NCBI GenBank assembly: GCA_043821645.1
Contig: JBDRCO010000096.1
Coordinates: 1-50,620 of the forward strand
From: Pseudomonadota bacterium
Lineage (GTDB): Bacteria > Myxococcota > JACRCW01 > JAFGSX01
DNA: 50,620 nucleotides
Reading direction: 5' to 3'
Position 1 is the first letter of the stretch. Every line of letters starts with the position of its first letter. Both the position numbers and the translations under genes were made by a program. This document shows positions 12,601-19,344 of this stretch, piece after piece. The notes beneath the pieces are model-generated. The model worked only from the letters and a program-made list of their open reading frames with translations. It was not told where the DNA came from and searched no databases.

Positions 12601-14151
12601 GCTGTCGACTTTGCCAGTGGCGGCAACAACAGCAGCGCGCCAGCCCTGGATGGCAGCGGTGCCTACCAGGCCGGGCCCGTCGACGCGACCGAAGACCAGC
12701 TGCTATTCAGCGATGCCAAGGCACGCACCCTGACCCTGCCCGTGCCCGTGGTCAGGCCAGCGGGGGCGGTGGGCACACCTCAACTGAACGCCGTGTGCGC
12801 GGTCGATGACGAGTGCGGCATAGGAGCGGCCGTGGCCATCATCCACGACGTCGATGGCGACGGGCACCGGGACATTGCAATCGGTGCACCCCTGTACCCG
12901 GACACGGGCCTCACCCCTCAGTCCGGCGCCGTGCTCATCGTCAGCGGAACCGGCGGCTTCGCCTCCAACACCCTGCTGAAGATCATCGAGAACCCGGTGG
13001 CAGAGACAGGTGCGATGTTCGGCACGTCCATCGCGTACATGGACGACGTGAATGCTGATGGCCGCGGCGAGCTGGCAATCAGCACACCCCTGGCCAACTT
13101 CGGTGGTTTCAACAACTCGGGACGGGTGGACATCTACAGCGGCTCAGCACTGCTGGCACCGAGCCCGACCATCATGCTGTCCTTTGGCGGAAGTGACGAC
13201 GACCAGCAGCTCGGACACACCCTGGCTTACCTGGGTAACTACAACGATGTGGAGGGCCTGGACCTGGCCGTGGGCAATCCTGACTTCAATGGCTCGGGTG
13301 GCCTCGTGTGCGTTGCCAACGTGACCACGGCCGGTATCACGCAGTGGTACAGCAGTGGCTTGCCTTCGGGGTTCTGCTCGCCGCAGACCCCGGATCCCCT
13401 GGATAGAGCCTGGGACCGCATCGAGGGCAGCCCCCAGGAACGCCTGGGTCAGGCCATCGCAGGTGGAGATGTGACCGGCGACGGCGTGCCAGACCTGATC
13501 ATCGGCGCGCCCTGGGCCCGCAACGGCGCGCGCGCCCACGCTGGCCGCGTCATCGCCTTCCTGGGCTCGCGCTACCGGAACATCATGGGCCAGGTCGGGC
13601 TGGAGCTCTATGGATCTTCCACCGAGGCCTGGCTGGGCTGGGCTGTCACAGTGGGCAGTGACTACGACGACGATGGCAGCCGCGAACTCCTGGTGGGCGC
13701 GCCGGCGGACAGCTCGCGCGGTTTCACGCACGGCGGCAGCATGCACGTGGTCTCGACCCGCACCGGGGGCGCGATCGAGAGCGCGCACGGCACTGAGAAC
13801 TACGCCTACTTCGGATCGGCGGTGGCCGTCGCGGACTTCAACCACGACGGATATGGCGACTGGATCGTGGGTGCACCAGGAGATCCCCAGAACCTGTATG
13901 GTGACGACGGAGACATCTACCTACTCGATGGCGCCACGGGTGCAGGGCAGAACGTGCACTCGGGTCCCAACAGCATGGGCGAGATGTGGGGATACAGCCT
14001 GGCTGCCGGCGCTGACATCGATGGAGATGGCTTCGAGGACTTCGTGGCGGGAACGCCCGGGCGCCGCTCACCATCCTTCGTCAGTCACCCCGGGGGAGCC
14101 AAGGTCTTCATCACCTGCAGCCCCTACAACAGCGGTGGTGCCTGCCCCTGA
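631..14151 (+). CDS. Giant (~4506 aa) surface lipoprotein/adhesin: carboxypeptidase-regulatory-like domains, Ig-like repeats, FN3, two FG-GAP beta-propellers
   Basis: ORF 538-14151. The likely start is ATG 631 or 634 after GAGGAG, with lipobox ASVAG-C. About 25 D-x-A-G-N-type repeats end in D-x-x-x-P. Fourteen FG-GAP-like blades lie at the C-terminus (e.g. FGSAVAVADFNHDGYGDWIVGAP). Confidence 0.9.
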   Translation: MMQEPSAGLGRILASFVITASVAGCQDFLPSNPYDPSAPTHMQARGEIRGVIFLDDSSATEDAIRSELDAISVHLRSGSGEELVSRTCASDTSSDASLTCTPADRRATFSFRELLAGDYRIAIDGVSLRYLPVNVPRVTLSPGETSDLDVLRYVVIPIGDSPRDWTGRVEGDVNLAAGQGGPRRVTLMRQGSSGHEALATALTDSSGAFTFEKVPPGEYAVSAELENHTPDYRVGFSIQGSEVPVDQNTQRFTDSSAMLLYPVSAVLKPDLQRVFGQYYTSTTTVPLEVLVFGGMNEMRLGTEPGFASGTQTWVPHSGAADLDLPDVEGEITIYGQFRNTTHSDFVFESSVYQTTLVRDVTAPVVEDVRVRGHVAAADGRIWLSAEGETIGLDIDGSDAVSAVYEVTLYHDDLNGAGDPLVLGFSLTETPPGLVRLDEEMTLSAGEGQKIVYAYLKDRAGNLSSAGHATLWVDVTAPTVDLLVLNTGATVTGNRTVTLALGASDQNRVTGMRFWEEGQSEPSSFGPYQEVTTLQLQPLNYGNTQRQVNARVVDQAGNASTISSATITFDDRGSVAGLLYVEDAADGSPGDVSGVTALVNGQSYPLVATAGNNPGDPWQFTVTQIPAGANLYLVLQKAGYGNASPTSLFSVSPGVVTDAGVLRLQLARGSIEGWVEVEAVADSSNAIARIDSTGQFALSDSTGYFRIEQVPARLGYSVTLSYDSVHASQVVTGIDVPASGTTRISQPGQPIPLALLAGSFAIAQGIYSKDPRITLSMSYDGAIEYRASINRGDLQNDVVAWSSFSNAVGSTTGYDFDLPSQDGLYSVFVQFRDDTPNTGFVSEIFSDVVTLDQLVPSNVGLQINSGAVYSSTLSVTLTPSGTDANPIPNVQLSYRDTTLASELVDGDWNAPRSWNGQPFGVSLPGLLAFRTARVWVRLIDAAGNVSLPVLSSIVIDPAAPTGGNIVIEGGALVTRSFLVTLTLSASDDTPIEMLIADEAVPATGTWRTFAPSTSWVLPPATQGTKRVCVAYRDAAGNRTQDYCDDISFDSVAPPTPAMTTTAGSYTNQAQITLDFGNVTADVSSIEVASNAAFSGAQVHPAQAQISFNLGSGDGPRLVYSRYVDAAGNFSAAAVVSVTLDTEPPLAPSLNVAQGVLTNSRVIDLQLSALGASEVLVARSATCNTGGTAPDAGGFDTGGTVDEGWRAFATTVPWLLLDQDGAQDVSVRFRDQAGNPTGCLSARITLDRQPPAPGATPVVLSNLRLELDAAGTAVQRVLVRVDLSSTGATEMKISNLPGATDATWRSYQTPLTEWELDPTGGQKTVYVFLRDGAGNSTAQLQASIYVDTTGDINGTLAVEGASDFTDVAFYLDGNPVTPVYTGSAFALENVLAAEYGTLEIVKLGYDAVTVRNVRVPPGGVASLGALSLRQSRGAVEGYVSLAGASSHENVLIELLNTGYTTRSNSAGYFYLGDVLVGTFDLKASRDGFSPQLRTSILVSSGLTTSISSSLDPIPLPVASGDYTINGGASYTSTTRVHLNLSYTDATAFRVSETSDFQGIPGFPTTYTGAGDYDFDLGPAPTPPQGEHTVYVQFSTPGGPSAVLQSSIVLDTIPPTQGTVLLAGGAVATKVLNVSAALSSSDANGIARIATSLNGSTFAPPVTYQTPYTYAFTGAEGTKCLYVQHIDSAGNRSALPAASDCITYDITPPSGTVAIVDATGTAYTGGVTRSRAVYLQLSSPDATEMKISNKATLVDAVWQPFDSTLQPWNLNAGDGPRTVYIALRDQAGNEAKGTAGLDATISVDSTPPSAPVFAITQGTFTSTRTITLSFSNWTSGETVLFESNQALGSIQSKAAAGSLSFDLPDVEGLHLLGLRYRDAAGNESTAASASITLDRVAPTLLRFVVDGNGYTSAGTVSLVIEADGATQMRFSNGADFSGSTWEPYRTRRLLWPLDTGTQGLKTVRVQLRDAALNPTAGTDTASVEYDTTAPTATLVLAGGVNPVATQTISVALQGAPVDTAWMAVSSAAALDCATASYSAFTAEISHVLSTPNDDNVVYVCLKDLAGNTRLHSGNITHDATAPLVTSVATPTTSTDADGTVNVQVTVSNAEDDTVTVTLTSQHATTGSFTIVPITSRTGSASIALLPAGGGYSDADVLLEITATDPAGNSYSTTRVVRVDRSAPTGTLLIDGGATYSTSTTGLVTLTLSATDSFSGVSRMRFSNDGSTWDSWQSFASTYGPWPLATPSSQNDVLKTVYMQLEDAVGNVSTSTISDTIRLDNVAPATGAFQINGGTGTTNQRAVTLSFSATAATEMKLSHGDSCVGGGWETYAVSGTAPWVLEGEGSAVYASAIFRDAAGNLSGCVNDSITVDLTSPELPSIAIDLGATYNRSSTHQLSVLLSATDATFYRLAETAAGIDAATWVTPVPAGAFTYTLSSGNQGDGEKILFAQFKDDADNTSVVVSDSIIHDATAPVVGYLLVDNGAEFTRSTAGQVSLYFGGSDETSGLASVEISNNGTSWSASQTYTGYIASWTLAAPTASVDGITRTVYVRFKDRAGNTSTSKSDDITLDNVAPSGTVQVNNNATYSASQAVQVVVNPGSDVELVSLANDSSPTCSTASYTSVQEVYSWTLSAADGPKTVFACFRDRAGNVSSPPASDGIILDTLRPSFVVEAQYPNGTPSTITSDADGTIRLAVTLDASDQDTVDLVATSPDTGAIIATAISSGQTLGNLDLVIAPAGAVDDGPYLVDVTATDAASNSFSLQRTITVDRTPPVLSNVSCPACSECEGSWFVRGAAVLLSPVGFDDTSGLDRFEIRNGTGTVVDTAGVGEQLSFNLATTEGVQQDFTVHAFDRAGLQSDPWPLRLVYDASNPTLGVAFANGIAYSGATYISQATVEVSLNMTDGNFAGFPQCYGQRYAWGSNPSGPWGPYLPDFPATISPSSDGSRELRVEVKDPAGRTIVGQRTIILDASPPTGSVTLSAVVGGSTSYIQDRFVNVALTHSNDVNGYALVASFEDCSVLPLGAFLPITPPATSTTRNNVDLGLLPGVLPPFDNPEGNSVTLKACFKDRAENRSGASDSIVLDRVPPQGALVIDGDAPWVTDAGGDVTLTFSVDAGDVDEVFICNGTSPSNCIGAVPDPCATSHTLESYTSTKLWALDTSGGDGTKFVLACLVDNAGHRTPIFDQVDLDRTAPAPAAVAIRGRIGFRCCTQGEFCLDIPGCTESSTKTRMLRAALEFGFSSASPIADVQYAAGNGDLSCDALAGWTPFGPTGNCQDGVLGGSGYACQRIEQWLLPEAEGDVTVTVCFRDAAGLMTKLSDTIEEDRTPPSEASISSVSAGHRSVSLTWEGSASSDLAGYRVKWFQPSYPAPWWAQVDPEVTDPNHLGTSIDSRTVVMPSGDPPISNCEPVDLRVMAFDDAGNWSLSAPQSATPTFPAPADVFVVGRARELQVSWSPVVDALNYRVYVASTADVQGTAQGYVQVPSGVTSATIRDGDMFTSPSTAVLLLDRTTYHVGIAAEDGVSFVPSCFSAVGATDSDATRSLVPSQTWNGTIHQGAFGTRLATTDMDHDGYDDLLISSPATPDVYVAGNNLVQEPDAGIVEMYSGRTRQRVFMANGARPHERAGTGLAVLDDLDRDGWREFAIGRPGWQWDDGTQTNNKRGRLDLYSGRTGILIKSLYSPELSALDNDEFGFAIASAGDFVNASGAVATDGIDEFAVSSPGYNNQGRVYFFNGATQQELSTYRRTGVAGERYGEILIEAVTRAGGVGQIMAAVAPAVSPTFYGVARVFRPVLSGNLLVVTGSAARPIDGGVALAKAFGSIQVNLIAVGMPGAMAGPRVASYLYNGSSTTALSDIVSPYPSAVAFGSALRFASVLRLGEAPDLVVAGSDKGAAGVQGRVTLYQIESGPSIRRALDWTASKPSSGFGTSLAVGRFDNTGVDQIAVGAPRYNVGSFEAGSVQVLAHDLFQVTPARSASVRFGELLFMPQGGTPAYAVDFASGGNNSSAPALDGSGAYQAGPVDATEDQLLFSDAKARTLTLPVPVVRPAGAVGTPQLNAVCAVDDECGIGAAVAIIHDVDGDGHRDIAIGAPLYPDTGLTPQSGAVLIVSGTGGFASNTLLKIIENPVAETGAMFGTSIAYMDDVNADGRGELAISTPLANFGGFNNSGRVDIYSGSALLAPSPTIMLSFGGSDDDQQLGHTLAYLGNYNDVEGLDLAVGNPDFNGSGGLVCVANVTTAGITQWYSSGLPSGFCSPQTPDPLDRAWDRIEGSPQERLGQAIAGGDVTGDGVPDLIIGAPWARNGARAHAGRVIAFLGSRYRNIMGQVGLELYGSSTEAWLGWAVTVGSDYDDDGSRELLVGAPADSSRGFTHGGSMHVVSTRTGGAIESAHGTENYAYFGSAVAVADFNHDGYGDWIVGAPGDPQNLYGDDGDIYLLDGATGAGQNVHSGPNSMGEMWGYSLAAGADIDGDGFEDFVAGTPGRRSPSFVSHPGGAKVFITCSPYNSGGACP

Positions 14152-14325
14152 TCACCCGGATCTGACCCGAGCAACTCCTGCCACATTTCACACGGGACGT
14201 GTTCCGGTGCACACCCGCAGCTCGACTTCCATGCCCACCATGACCTCCACCTGACCGGCCAGCGTGCGGTCCTGGGCGGGCGCGCTACCCTACGGGTGCA
14301 ATGGTGGGAGAAGGAGTTGCACCCG

Positions 14326-14703
14326 ATGGTGTCGAAGACAGAGCACAAAGAGGAGTCAGGCTACCGCATCGAGTTCCAGTCCTCGCGCGAGTGGGTCACC
14401 GCTCGCACGGACAGGCTCGACGAGCAGCACTTCGTGGTGTCCAGCGCCTCGGAAGTGGCGGTGGGATCACCGCTCAACGTCCTGGTCTATATCCCGCGAG
14501 ATGACGACGTGGATCTGATCAAGACCCGCGCTCGAGTCGTTCGCTGCGATGACAAGCAAGGCGTGTTCGAGATCGAGGCGCGACTGGAGGTCTTTGCCCC
14601 GGGAGACGAGCGGCGCTGGCGGCTGTGGTGGCGCGCCCAGAATGCGCTACCACACCGTGCCCTACCCCGGCCGCCTCGCAATCGCAGTCCCAAGGTTGCC
14701 TGA
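14326..14703 (+). CDS. PilZ-like domain protein (degenerate)
   Basis: AAGGAG RBS precedes ATG 14326. The pattern V.VGS.L.V.VYIP....IKTRARVVR......IEARL fits the PilZ beta-barrel. RxxxR and D/NxSxxG are absent. Confidence 0.55.
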   Translation: MVSKTEHKEESGYRIEFQSSREWVTARTDRLDEQHFVVSSASEVAVGSPLNVLVYIPRDDDVDLIKTRARVVRCDDKQGVFEIEARLEVFAPGDERRWRLWWRAQNALPHRALPRPPRNRSPKVA

Positions 14704-14714
14704 AACGGCGAGCA

Positions 14715-15515
14715 CTACTCAGCGGTGACGGCCGCGTCCTCGACGATGAGCTCGTACTTGTAGCCCGCGCCGAAGTCCTTGTCGGCGACCAGCGTGCCCT
14801 TGACCAGCACGGTGTCACCAACCTTGGCCATGGCCGCAGTGGTCACGGTCAGGTCATTGCTGCCCTCGCTGCCGCTGCCATCGCGCAGGTGTATCCAGTT
14901 CTTGCCCATGATGTTGGCGTTGAACTTGACCACCTTGCCCCGCACGGCCAGGGGCTTGCCCACCAGCGCGGCCTTCTTGTTGTGGATCTCCTCGACGGTG
15001 ACGCCGCCTTCGGCCTTGGTCACGCTCCCGGCAGCCACCGCCGCCTCGGCGCCCTGGCCGCCCATCACCTGCGGATGCCCCTCGGGCATCGAGCCGGGTT
15101 CACCAGCAGCGGCCCCCATGGCCTGCTGTGGCATTGCCGCCGGCGCCCTCTGGTTGGGGTCGACGAAATAGACGAGCTCGAAGGTACGACCCAGGCTCTC
15201 GCTCTTGAAGTTCTGCATGGGCATGCCAGGCGGCAGGTCGATGGGATCGCCGACCTTGATGGCCATCTTGGGCACCGCGGCCCACACCTTTTCGCTGCCG
15301 CTGTCGACGAGCACATAGGTGTAGCCGGCGGCATCCATGGTCTCGGCAACCTTGCCGGCGATGCGCGCCTGGGCTCCGGCGAGTTGTTTCTCCACCGTGG
15401 TGGGTGGGGTAGCCGGGTCCGGTGTCGCAGCCGGTGCCTGGCCATCGGTCTTGGTGCAGGCCACCAGGGCCAGGGCTGTGGTCATCGCGATCATGCAGGA
15501 CAGGGTTCGGCGCAT
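14715..15515 (-). CDS. Lipoprotein with two OB-fold-like domains (NrfJ-like / 'DNA-binding protein' family)
   Basis: Lipobox LALVA-C. Motifs GKVAETMDAAGYTYV..KVWAA and VRGKVVKFNANIMGKNWIHLRDGSG...DKDFGAGYKY, with an MPEGHP linker. Confidence 0.65.
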   Translation of the reverse strand: MRRTLSCMIAMTTALALVACTKTDGQAPAATPDPATPPTTVEKQLAGAQARIAGKVAETMDAAGYTYVLVDSGSEKVWAAVPKMAIKVGDPIDLPPGMPMQNFKSESLGRTFELVYFVDPNQRAPAAMPQQAMGAAAGEPGSMPEGHPQVMGGQGAEAAVAAGSVTKAEGGVTVEEIHNKKAALVGKPLAVRGKVVKFNANIMGKNWIHLRDGSGSEGSNDLTVTTAAMAKVGDTVLVKGTLVADKDFGAGYKYELIVEDAAVTAE

Positions 15516-15658
15516 CGTCCGTTCTCCTTGTTCATCCGGTTTGGTCGTCGTCCTCGTCATTCATGGCACATCTAGCGCAGGCAGGGGACCGGGAGAAGTC
15601 AGGTCTGTCACAACTCGGTCGCGCCACTGTCCTGGTATACTGATCTCCGGAGGCGCAC

Positions 15659-18151
15659 ATGGGGCGGACTTGCCTCGGGTTGTTCCTGTTCGCAGCGGGG
15701 AGCGTGGGGGCCTGTGGTCCCTGCGGTAGCCCTCCGGCGCCTCCCTACGCGATCGACGCGCGAGGACCGCAACACTTCGTTCAGATCTGCGAACCTGGCC
15801 AGCGACATTGCGAGGGGCGCGAGGTCTGGCATTGCCTCGAAGACGGGAGTTTTGAGCCTCTGCTGAGCTGTGAGGCCACCTCGACCTGCATCCAAGGCCA
15901 GTGCCTCGACAATCCCGTGTGCACGCCGGGTGAGAAGCACTGTCAGGATCGAAACCTGCTCACCTGTCGCAGCGACGGCATGGCTTACGACAGCCAGACC
16001 TGCGATCCCGGATCCTGCATCGATGCCACTTGCACGGATCCCACAGAGACCTTCTGTGTGCCCGGCAGCACCGTGTGCGAGGCCAATGCCGTGGCCTCGT
16101 GCAAGGCAGACGGCTCGGGTTGGGTTCAGACCCCCATTCCCTGCGGCGACGCGATCTGCCTCGACAGCGCCTGCCACGACCGCATCTGCGAACCCGGCCT
16201 GGCGCACTGCCAGGATGACGTGGCGCTGGTCTGCAATGCCTTTGGAACGGCCTACCTGGCCCGCGTGTGCGGTCCCTCCTCGATGTGCCTCGCGGGCAGG
16301 TGCCAGGTCCAGCTCTGCTCTGCCCGGCGTTTCTGCGACAGCCAGCAGGCCATCACCTGCAATGCAGACCTGACGCAGATCATCGCCCGCGAGGACTGCC
16401 GCCCTGACAGCTGCGTCGAGGGCCTTTGTGTGCACCCCGGCCGGGATGCCGGACTTTTGGGCGACCGTGTCGGGGCAGACGCACCGCAGCTCGATTCCAC
16501 ATCTCCGACGGACCGCGCCGCGCTCGAGGGCCCTGTTGCCGATCATCGAGAGCAGCCGGACGCGGTGTCCGGGCTCGACGTGTCCTCGTCAGACCTCCGG
16601 AACGACGGCGGCACGAGCTTCGACTGCCGGGTGATGCCGTGCCTGGGCTTCACCTTCTGCAGTGCCGAGACCGGTCAGTGCGAGCTCGGCTGCGCCCGCG
16701 ACAGCCAGTGCCCAGGGAGCTGGTGCGACCTCTCCCAGCACGCCTGCGCCCGGGTCGACGGTGGAGTGGTGCGCGACGCCTCGATCTACGACGGGGCCGA
16801 CGGCGCGGGAGCGTACGAGCCAGATGGCGGTGGCGTCCTGGTGCCCGAGCTGTGTCCGCCCAGCGAGCAGGTGGCGCCGGGCTGCCTGGCCTCGCTCGAC
16901 GAGGGTCGCGCGTTCCTGTGCGATGGCCTGGACAACGATTGCGATGGCAAGGTCGACGAGGGTTGCCCCTGCCGCCTGGGCGAGGTGCAACGCTGCTTCC
17001 GCGGGCCCCCTGGTCGCCACAACGTGGGGGCCTGCGAGGATGGCCTGCAGACCTGCGTGTCGCGTGTCTCCTCGGTGCCACAGCCACCCGTCTGGGGCCC
17101 TTGCGTCGGTGGCATCGAGCCGCGAGCGGAGGTCTGCGACCAGCTGGACAACGACTGCAACGGCTGCATCGACGAGATCGAGGGCTGCAGCGGCATGGGT
17201 TCCTGTCCAGGCCCCGGAGATCCCCGGATACCCGACGGCAGGCCCTTCTCGGCCTACCCGCTTCGGGGCGCGGATTTCTACCCCGGCGAGGACGCGGTGA
17301 GCTGGCGCTGGCGCGTCACCGGGACACCCTGTGACCGCAAGTTCCAGGACCTGCGCAGCTCCACGGCGACCGCGGAGAACGGACAGCTCAGCTACATGCT
17401 TTACGACAGCACGCTGCGCGAGGCTGGCGTCAACTTCACGCTCAGCGGCGACTACCAGGTCCAGCTCGACGTGGGCCTCTCCGGACGCACCACCTTCAGC
17501 TGCACCTGGATCGTGCACGTCCGGGCACCGGGCCTGCGCGTGGAGCTGTGCTGGGATGCCACCGGACCGACCGCGGACCGCTTCTATGGAGGCCCCCTGG
17601 ATATCGACCTGCACCTTGGCAAGTACGACGTCACGCGGCGCTGGTTCGACACCGGCGACTGCGACTACAGCACCTGTACCAGTCGCGGTGACCTGCACAC
17701 CCGCTGGGGCTACGCCTCGACACCCATCGAGAACTGCACCGGGCCTGGAGCCCGTGGCAGCTTCTCGTCGAACTGCCCCAACCCCAGGCTCGACATCGAC
17801 AACATCTGGGAGACCACCGAGTACGTGCCCGAGAACATCAACCTGGACAACCCGCGCAATGGCGACCGCTTCCGGGTGATGGTGCACCACTACGACATCG
17901 AGAACAGACCCGCCAAGCCGCTGGTCAACGTGTACTGCGGCGGAGAACTGAAAGGCACCTATGGTGCGCCTCCGGACCTGGTCGAGGGTTTCGATCGCGG
18001 CGGAGGCCGCGAGGCTGGCTCCATGTGGCGTGTCGTCGACGTCACCACCCAGGCCAACAGCCAGGGCGTGACCACGGGCTGCGATCTGTCCCCCCTGGTC
18101 AGCCCGACGGGTGAGGGCTACTACCTCACGGTCGACAACTCGACCTTCTGA
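15659..18151 (+). CDS. Cys-rich lipoprotein with MopE-like metal-binding repeats and a C-terminal YfaP/DUF2135-like domain
   Basis: GGAGG RBS and lipobox VGA-C. Repeats of C.PG...C, plus CDGLDNDCDGKVDE and CDQLDNDCNGCIDE. C-terminal LRVELCWD..DIDLHL..PRLDIDN..PENINLDNP. Confidence 0.8.
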   Translation: MGRTCLGLFLFAAGSVGACGPCGSPPAPPYAIDARGPQHFVQICEPGQRHCEGREVWHCLEDGSFEPLLSCEATSTCIQGQCLDNPVCTPGEKHCQDRNLLTCRSDGMAYDSQTCDPGSCIDATCTDPTETFCVPGSTVCEANAVASCKADGSGWVQTPIPCGDAICLDSACHDRICEPGLAHCQDDVALVCNAFGTAYLARVCGPSSMCLAGRCQVQLCSARRFCDSQQAITCNADLTQIIAREDCRPDSCVEGLCVHPGRDAGLLGDRVGADAPQLDSTSPTDRAALEGPVADHREQPDAVSGLDVSSSDLRNDGGTSFDCRVMPCLGFTFCSAETGQCELGCARDSQCPGSWCDLSQHACARVDGGVVRDASIYDGADGAGAYEPDGGGVLVPELCPPSEQVAPGCLASLDEGRAFLCDGLDNDCDGKVDEGCPCRLGEVQRCFRGPPGRHNVGACEDGLQTCVSRVSSVPQPPVWGPCVGGIEPRAEVCDQLDNDCNGCIDEIEGCSGMGSCPGPGDPRIPDGRPFSAYPLRGADFYPGEDAVSWRWRVTGTPCDRKFQDLRSSTATAENGQLSYMLYDSTLREAGVNFTLSGDYQVQLDVGLSGRTTFSCTWIVHVRAPGLRVELCWDATGPTADRFYGGPLDIDLHLGKYDVTRRWFDTGDCDYSTCTSRGDLHTRWGYASTPIENCTGPGARGSFSSNCPNPRLDIDNIWETTEYVPENINLDNPRNGDRFRVMVHHYDIENRPAKPLVNVYCGGELKGTYGAPPDLVEGFDRGGGREAGSMWRVVDVTTQANSQGVTTGCDLSPLVSPTGEGYYLTVDNSTF

Positions 18152-18198
18152 GGCACCACAGCTTCCTGACAAAAAACGCATCCTGCCGCGCGTTGCCC

Positions 18199-18214
18199 TG
18201 TGACCGCAGTCACA
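18199..18214. promoter_or_regulatory. CRP/FNR-family operator (TGTGA-N6-TCACA)
   Basis: TGTGACCGCAGTCACA is a perfect match to the CRP consensus. It is intergenic, 66 bp upstream of ATG 18281. Confidence 0.6.
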
Positions 18215-18280
18215 TCCTGTCGATGAATGCAGGGCCGTGCCGGGGCGTCTCAAACTGGAGACCGAGATCCAGGAGGCCCC

Positions 18281-19258
18281 ATGAGCGCGAAGATGAGATT
18301 CCAGCCCGCGGCAGGCACAGGTCAAAGACCGCGCGGCACCGGGCACACCGTGCTGGTCGTCCTGCTGTCGACCCTCCTCGCCGCATCTGTCCAGGCCAGT
18401 GACCAGGGGGCCACCCCGTCCAGTCGTGGCCGCGGTCGCTCCGCCGGGCAGCGCGGCGGCCAGAGCCATGGCACCACCCCCAACCCGCAACCCACCCAGG
18501 TCACACCGCAGGCCAATCCCCAGAGCCAGGCTCATGGCCAGGGCAGCGCCCGCCCAGGCCAGCGCCCGCCGCGGCAGGGTCATGCGGTGTCACCGGGTGC
18601 GCAGCCCAGCCACGTGACCCCGCATCAGGGCAGGACCCCTCGTGCCCGCAGCTCCTACCGACCGGGTTACGCGGCTGCTCCCCGCCAGCGCGTCGTCGTG
18701 CGCCAGGCACCGCGCCGCGTCTACTACAGTTCTTACGTGGCAACCCCGCAGCCCTACGCCGGCTACGTGGTGGCCGCGCCCCCGCCGGTCGCGACTTACA
18801 TGGCACCAGCCCCTGCCGTGGATCGCTTCGACCTGGGAGTTGGGATGGGCCTGGTCGGTTCGGCGCCGCAGCTGCAGGGTGGCCTGCCATTGCTCACTGG
18901 CAAGATTCGCGCCCTGGGCATGCTCACCCCACGCCTGGGGCTGGGTCTGGACCTCGACGTGGCGTCCATGCTGCTGGTCAACCACGCCACCGTGAGCGCG
19001 GTCGTGAGCTACGACCTGACCGCGGGCTCACCGGTGGCGCTTCGCCCCTATGTGTCGCTCGGCGCCGGAGCACTGAATCTGATCACGGACCACTACCTTT
19101 TTCTGGGCCCGGCGGTGAGCGCGCGCGCCGGCATCGAGTTCAAGCCCTGGCGCTGGCTCGGCTTCAGCCTCGAAGCTGGCAGCGTGGCCTCGATGATGAA
19201 CGGCCTACCCGTGGCCGTGCCCTACGCGGGCGGGACCCTGGCGCTGTATCTGCTGTGA
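18281..19258 (+). CDS. Secreted protein with a Q/P/R-rich disordered N-terminus and a small outer-membrane beta-barrel
   Basis: AGGAGG RBS; signal peptide ending VQA. Alternating amphipathic strands (LRPYVSLGAG, ARAGIEFKPW..LGFSLEAG) and a C-terminal LALYLL. Confidence 0.7.
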   Translation: MSAKMRFQPAAGTGQRPRGTGHTVLVVLLSTLLAASVQASDQGATPSSRGRGRSAGQRGGQSHGTTPNPQPTQVTPQANPQSQAHGQGSARPGQRPPRQGHAVSPGAQPSHVTPHQGRTPRARSSYRPGYAAAPRQRVVVRQAPRRVYYSSYVATPQPYAGYVVAAPPPVATYMAPAPAVDRFDLGVGMGLVGSAPQLQGGLPLLTGKIRALGMLTPRLGLGLDLDVASMLLVNHATVSAVVSYDLTAGSPVALRPYVSLGAGALNLITDHYLFLGPAVSARAGIEFKPWRWLGFSLEAGSVASMMNGLPVAVPYAGGTLALYLL

Positions 19259-19344
19259 CCGCGGCCTTGCTGCTGTCACCTGACGCCCGACGATGACCCC
19301 GCATCTTGCTGAGCTGGCTCTGGCGTGACAGCGTGGCGCCTCGC

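Noticed and set aside
1351-13845. Many long antisense or alternate-frame ORFs inside the giant gene, and similar ones across the window
   Set aside because: Expected from high GC3 codon bias; they carry no recognisable motifs.
631-14151. Diversity-generating retroelement or phase-variation cassette acting on the giant gene
   Set aside because: No reverse transcriptase or recombinase is present, and I could see no near-identical nucleotide repeat pair. A self-BLASTn would settle this.
15564-15579. Weak sigma54-like sites (TGGCACATCTAGCGCA here; TGGCAGCCAACCTGCA near 45557)
   Set aside because: Only the GG-N10-GC core matches and the TTGC element is poor, so they are too weak to call.
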